Made by a program: the position numbers and the translations under genes | Notes under the pieces: model-generated | The model's database searches: none | Seen by the model: only the letters and a program-made list of their open reading frames with translations | What the model was told of the DNA's origin: nothing | From: Bdellovibrionales bacterium | GTDB taxonomy: Bacteria > Bdellovibrionota > Bdellovibrionia > Bdellovibrionales > UBA1609 | Length of the DNA stretch: 64,000 nt | Assembly: GCA_965261545.1 (NCBI GenBank) | Contig: CBDHDF010000010.1 | Span: 64,001-128,000 of the forward strand | Direction: 5' to 3' | Shown: in pieces, positions 62,305 through 64,000 of the stretch | How positions within the stretch are numbered: the first letter of the stretch is position 1 | Layout of the letters: every line of letters begins with the position of its first letter

Positions 62305-63475
62305 GGTGAACCGCCTTTTCATTCTGATTTGCCACTTTACCCTTAGGGTCTGTGGCCTTTTTCTTACCGCTTTCCATCTTCTCACTATGGTCTGCCGCCT
62401 CCTCCCTATGGCCTGCACCCTTCTTATTCTGATCTTCCTCCTTCTCCTCGATGAGTTGCCAATTAAGAATCTCTAGGCTTACATTAAATTCTCTTGTGAC
62501 TTCATGGAGCATGGTCGTTGATGAATCGGATTTTCCAATGCTAAAATCTTTTTCTGCCTTTCTAGGGCAATAGCTATAATCCTGAAAACCCACCTTCACC
62601 TCACCCTTGGATTCAACTATGGGCTTGATGTAAAGTTCATTGATTCCATCAGAGAGCATATCTTCATTGATTTGAAGGGAGGCATAGAGGTATGGGTCAT
62701 TGAAACCTTTGAAGTATTTTATTTCCTCAAAGTTATACTCCTTATCTCCAATTCTTAGAACCAAGTCGATGGATTTTGAATCCTTATCAAAAGGAATGGG
62801 TGATTCATTCTTTCCAAGATAGTCTCGGTGAGAAACCACACACTTTCCCTTTTCCTCTATGTATCCACACCTTTTTGAGATGTTAGACTTTGAAGGGTCT
62901 TCACAAAAATGATTCTTCCAAGATGCTTCAACAGAGACATCATAGATGCTTGAGAACCGACTCTCTTTTCGCACACCACTTCTCACTTTGACTTCGACCA
63001 TATCACCAGCTTTCACACGGCTGATCCAAAGCTCCTTATCAACTCTTTGGTCTCTAAGGATCACATCAATCGTTCGTCTAAAGCGAGGAGGAGATATCTT
63101 TTTCTTATTTTCAGGTACTGGCTCTTTAACATTGTCGGATTCCTGAGTAGGTCCTTCCTCTTTATTTTTGGTGTCATGCAGGTTGTTGATGTCTTTTATG
63201 GCATCTATGGCATATCGACACCCATGACGTCCTTTTTTGCCTTCTGTAATCTCTATGGACTCCATTAAAAGATCGTTCCTAAAATATTTCATCTTCTCGT
63301 CTTCTAGTCCTCTGAAAATGATGCAAGGAGTGCCTTCTGACTCTTCATCCAAACCACCACACGCAGACAAAACCATTGGCAAGGTAATAAGACCTAAAAA
63401 AGCTATTCTTTTAAAAATTCTTACTTCATTCTTCTTACAAAAAAATTGGCAGATATTATTTTTTCTTTTATTCAT
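62297..63475 (-). CDS. Hypothetical lipoprotein
   Basis: Lipobox LSAC; several paired Cys; beta-rich. Confidence 0.6.
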   Translation of the reverse strand: MNKRKNNICQFFCKKNEVRIFKRIAFLGLITLPMVLSACGGLDEESEGTPCIIFRGLEDEKMKYFRNDLLMESIEITEGKKGRHGCRYAIDAIKDINNLHDTKNKEEGPTQESDNVKEPVPENKKKISPPRFRRTIDVILRDQRVDKELWISRVKAGDMVEVKVRSGVRKESRFSSIYDVSVEASWKNHFCEDPSKSNISKRCGYIEEKGKCVVSHRDYLGKNESPIPFDKDSKSIDLVLRIGDKEYNFEEIKYFKGFNDPYLYASLQINEDMLSDGINELYIKPIVESKGEVKVGFQDYSYCPRKAEKDFSIGKSDSSTTMLHEVTREFNVSLEILNWQLIEEKEEDQNKKGAGHREEAADHSEKMESGKKKATDPKGKVANQNEKAVHHE

Positions 63476-63681
63476 GACTGTAATTCTCCTAAAGGTTGGA
63501 TTTTTATTTTTTTTAGTTTTTTTAATTTTATTAATCTTCTTAATTTTTCTTTAACTTGTTTGCGATATTTCTTATCGTAGAATTTATTATTCTTCTGCAT
63601 ATCACATCTTCTACTAATGACTTCCAAATCATTTATTTCTTTACCTTTCTTAAACGCACCTAAATTTCGTAGTTTCGACAT
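63472..63681 (-). CDS. Small basic hypothetical protein
   Basis: Tightly packed with both neighbours (ATGA overlap). Confidence 0.4.
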   Translation of the reverse strand: MSKLRNLGAFKKGKEINDLEVISRRCDMQKNNKFYDKKYRKQVKEKLRRLIKLKKLKKIKIQPLGELQS

Positions 63682-63685
63682 TACA

Positions 63686-63898
63686 TTAACTCTCCACCAC
63701 TATGATTGATTTGATCAGATTGAAGGTATCTACAAGATCAAGTGTTTTTTCGTTTCTCTCTTGTATTTCATCAATCGCATCAAAAATCTCCATTGTTTCC
63801 AAACTATAAAGACCACATGATGGGCACTTGTACGGAAAGTTAAATTCAACATAAAAAGCCTCATCACAACGCAAACAACTTTTCATTCTATATCTCAA
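63686..63898 (-). CDS. Small Zn-finger protein
   Basis: CLRC...CPSCG; SD GGAGGTG. Confidence 0.55.
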   Translation of the reverse strand: MRYRMKSCLRCDEAFYVEFNFPYKCPSCGLYSLETMEIFDAIDEIQERNEKTLDLVDTFNLIKSIIVVES

Positions 63899-64000
63899 AA
63901 ATTTATCACCTCCATTTCAAATAAATTCTTTTTTATTAAATTCTTTTTTTTATCACTTTTTTATTCATTTTCTTTTTCCCATGACATCGATTTCTTCTTA

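Larger units (their letters stand above)
48825..64000 (-). mobile_element. Integrative conjugative element (continues beyond the window)
   Basis: att-like core, integrase, excisionase, relaxase, coupling protein and MPF genes, all co-oriented. Confidence 0.82.

Noticed and set aside
239..63554. Many 60-150-aa antisense or alternate-frame ORFs in the track
   Set aside because: Shadows of longer motif-bearing genes, with no independent support.

Overview
AT-rich bacterial accessory region with no housekeeping genes, rRNA, intact tRNA or CRISPR. The T4SS gene styles suggest Bdellovibrionota, but that is an unverified inference. (1) 1-10.9 kb, minus strand: an F-like type IV secretion cluster (TraC/V/B/K/E/L, pilin, TraF) that unusually contains a GspE/PilB-type ATPase and a coupling protein fused in frame to a TraU-like domain. 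Upstream lie a duplicated sigma-region-4 gene and a sigma-54-type promoter. (2) 13.2-21.8 kb, plus strand: NtrC-family activator, outer-membrane beta-barrel, 1009-aa ankyrin lipoprotein, sensor kinase and two T4SS-core-like genes. (3) 22-48 kb: an IS-riddled cargo zone (IS21, IS1634-family, ISNCY-like, IS91 remnant, a MITE) holding a Sir2-HerA defence locus with a third membrane gene, a NYN nuclease behind a small structured RNA, a HEPN-like gene and tRNA/att remnants. (4) 48.8-64 kb, minus strand: an ICE with tyrosine integrase, excisionase, MOBC-like relaxase, FtsK-type coupling protein and a VirB-like MPF. At least four genes are broken by single-base losses in homopolymer runs, probably read errors. 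All protein calls come from motif recognition by eye; no searches were run.
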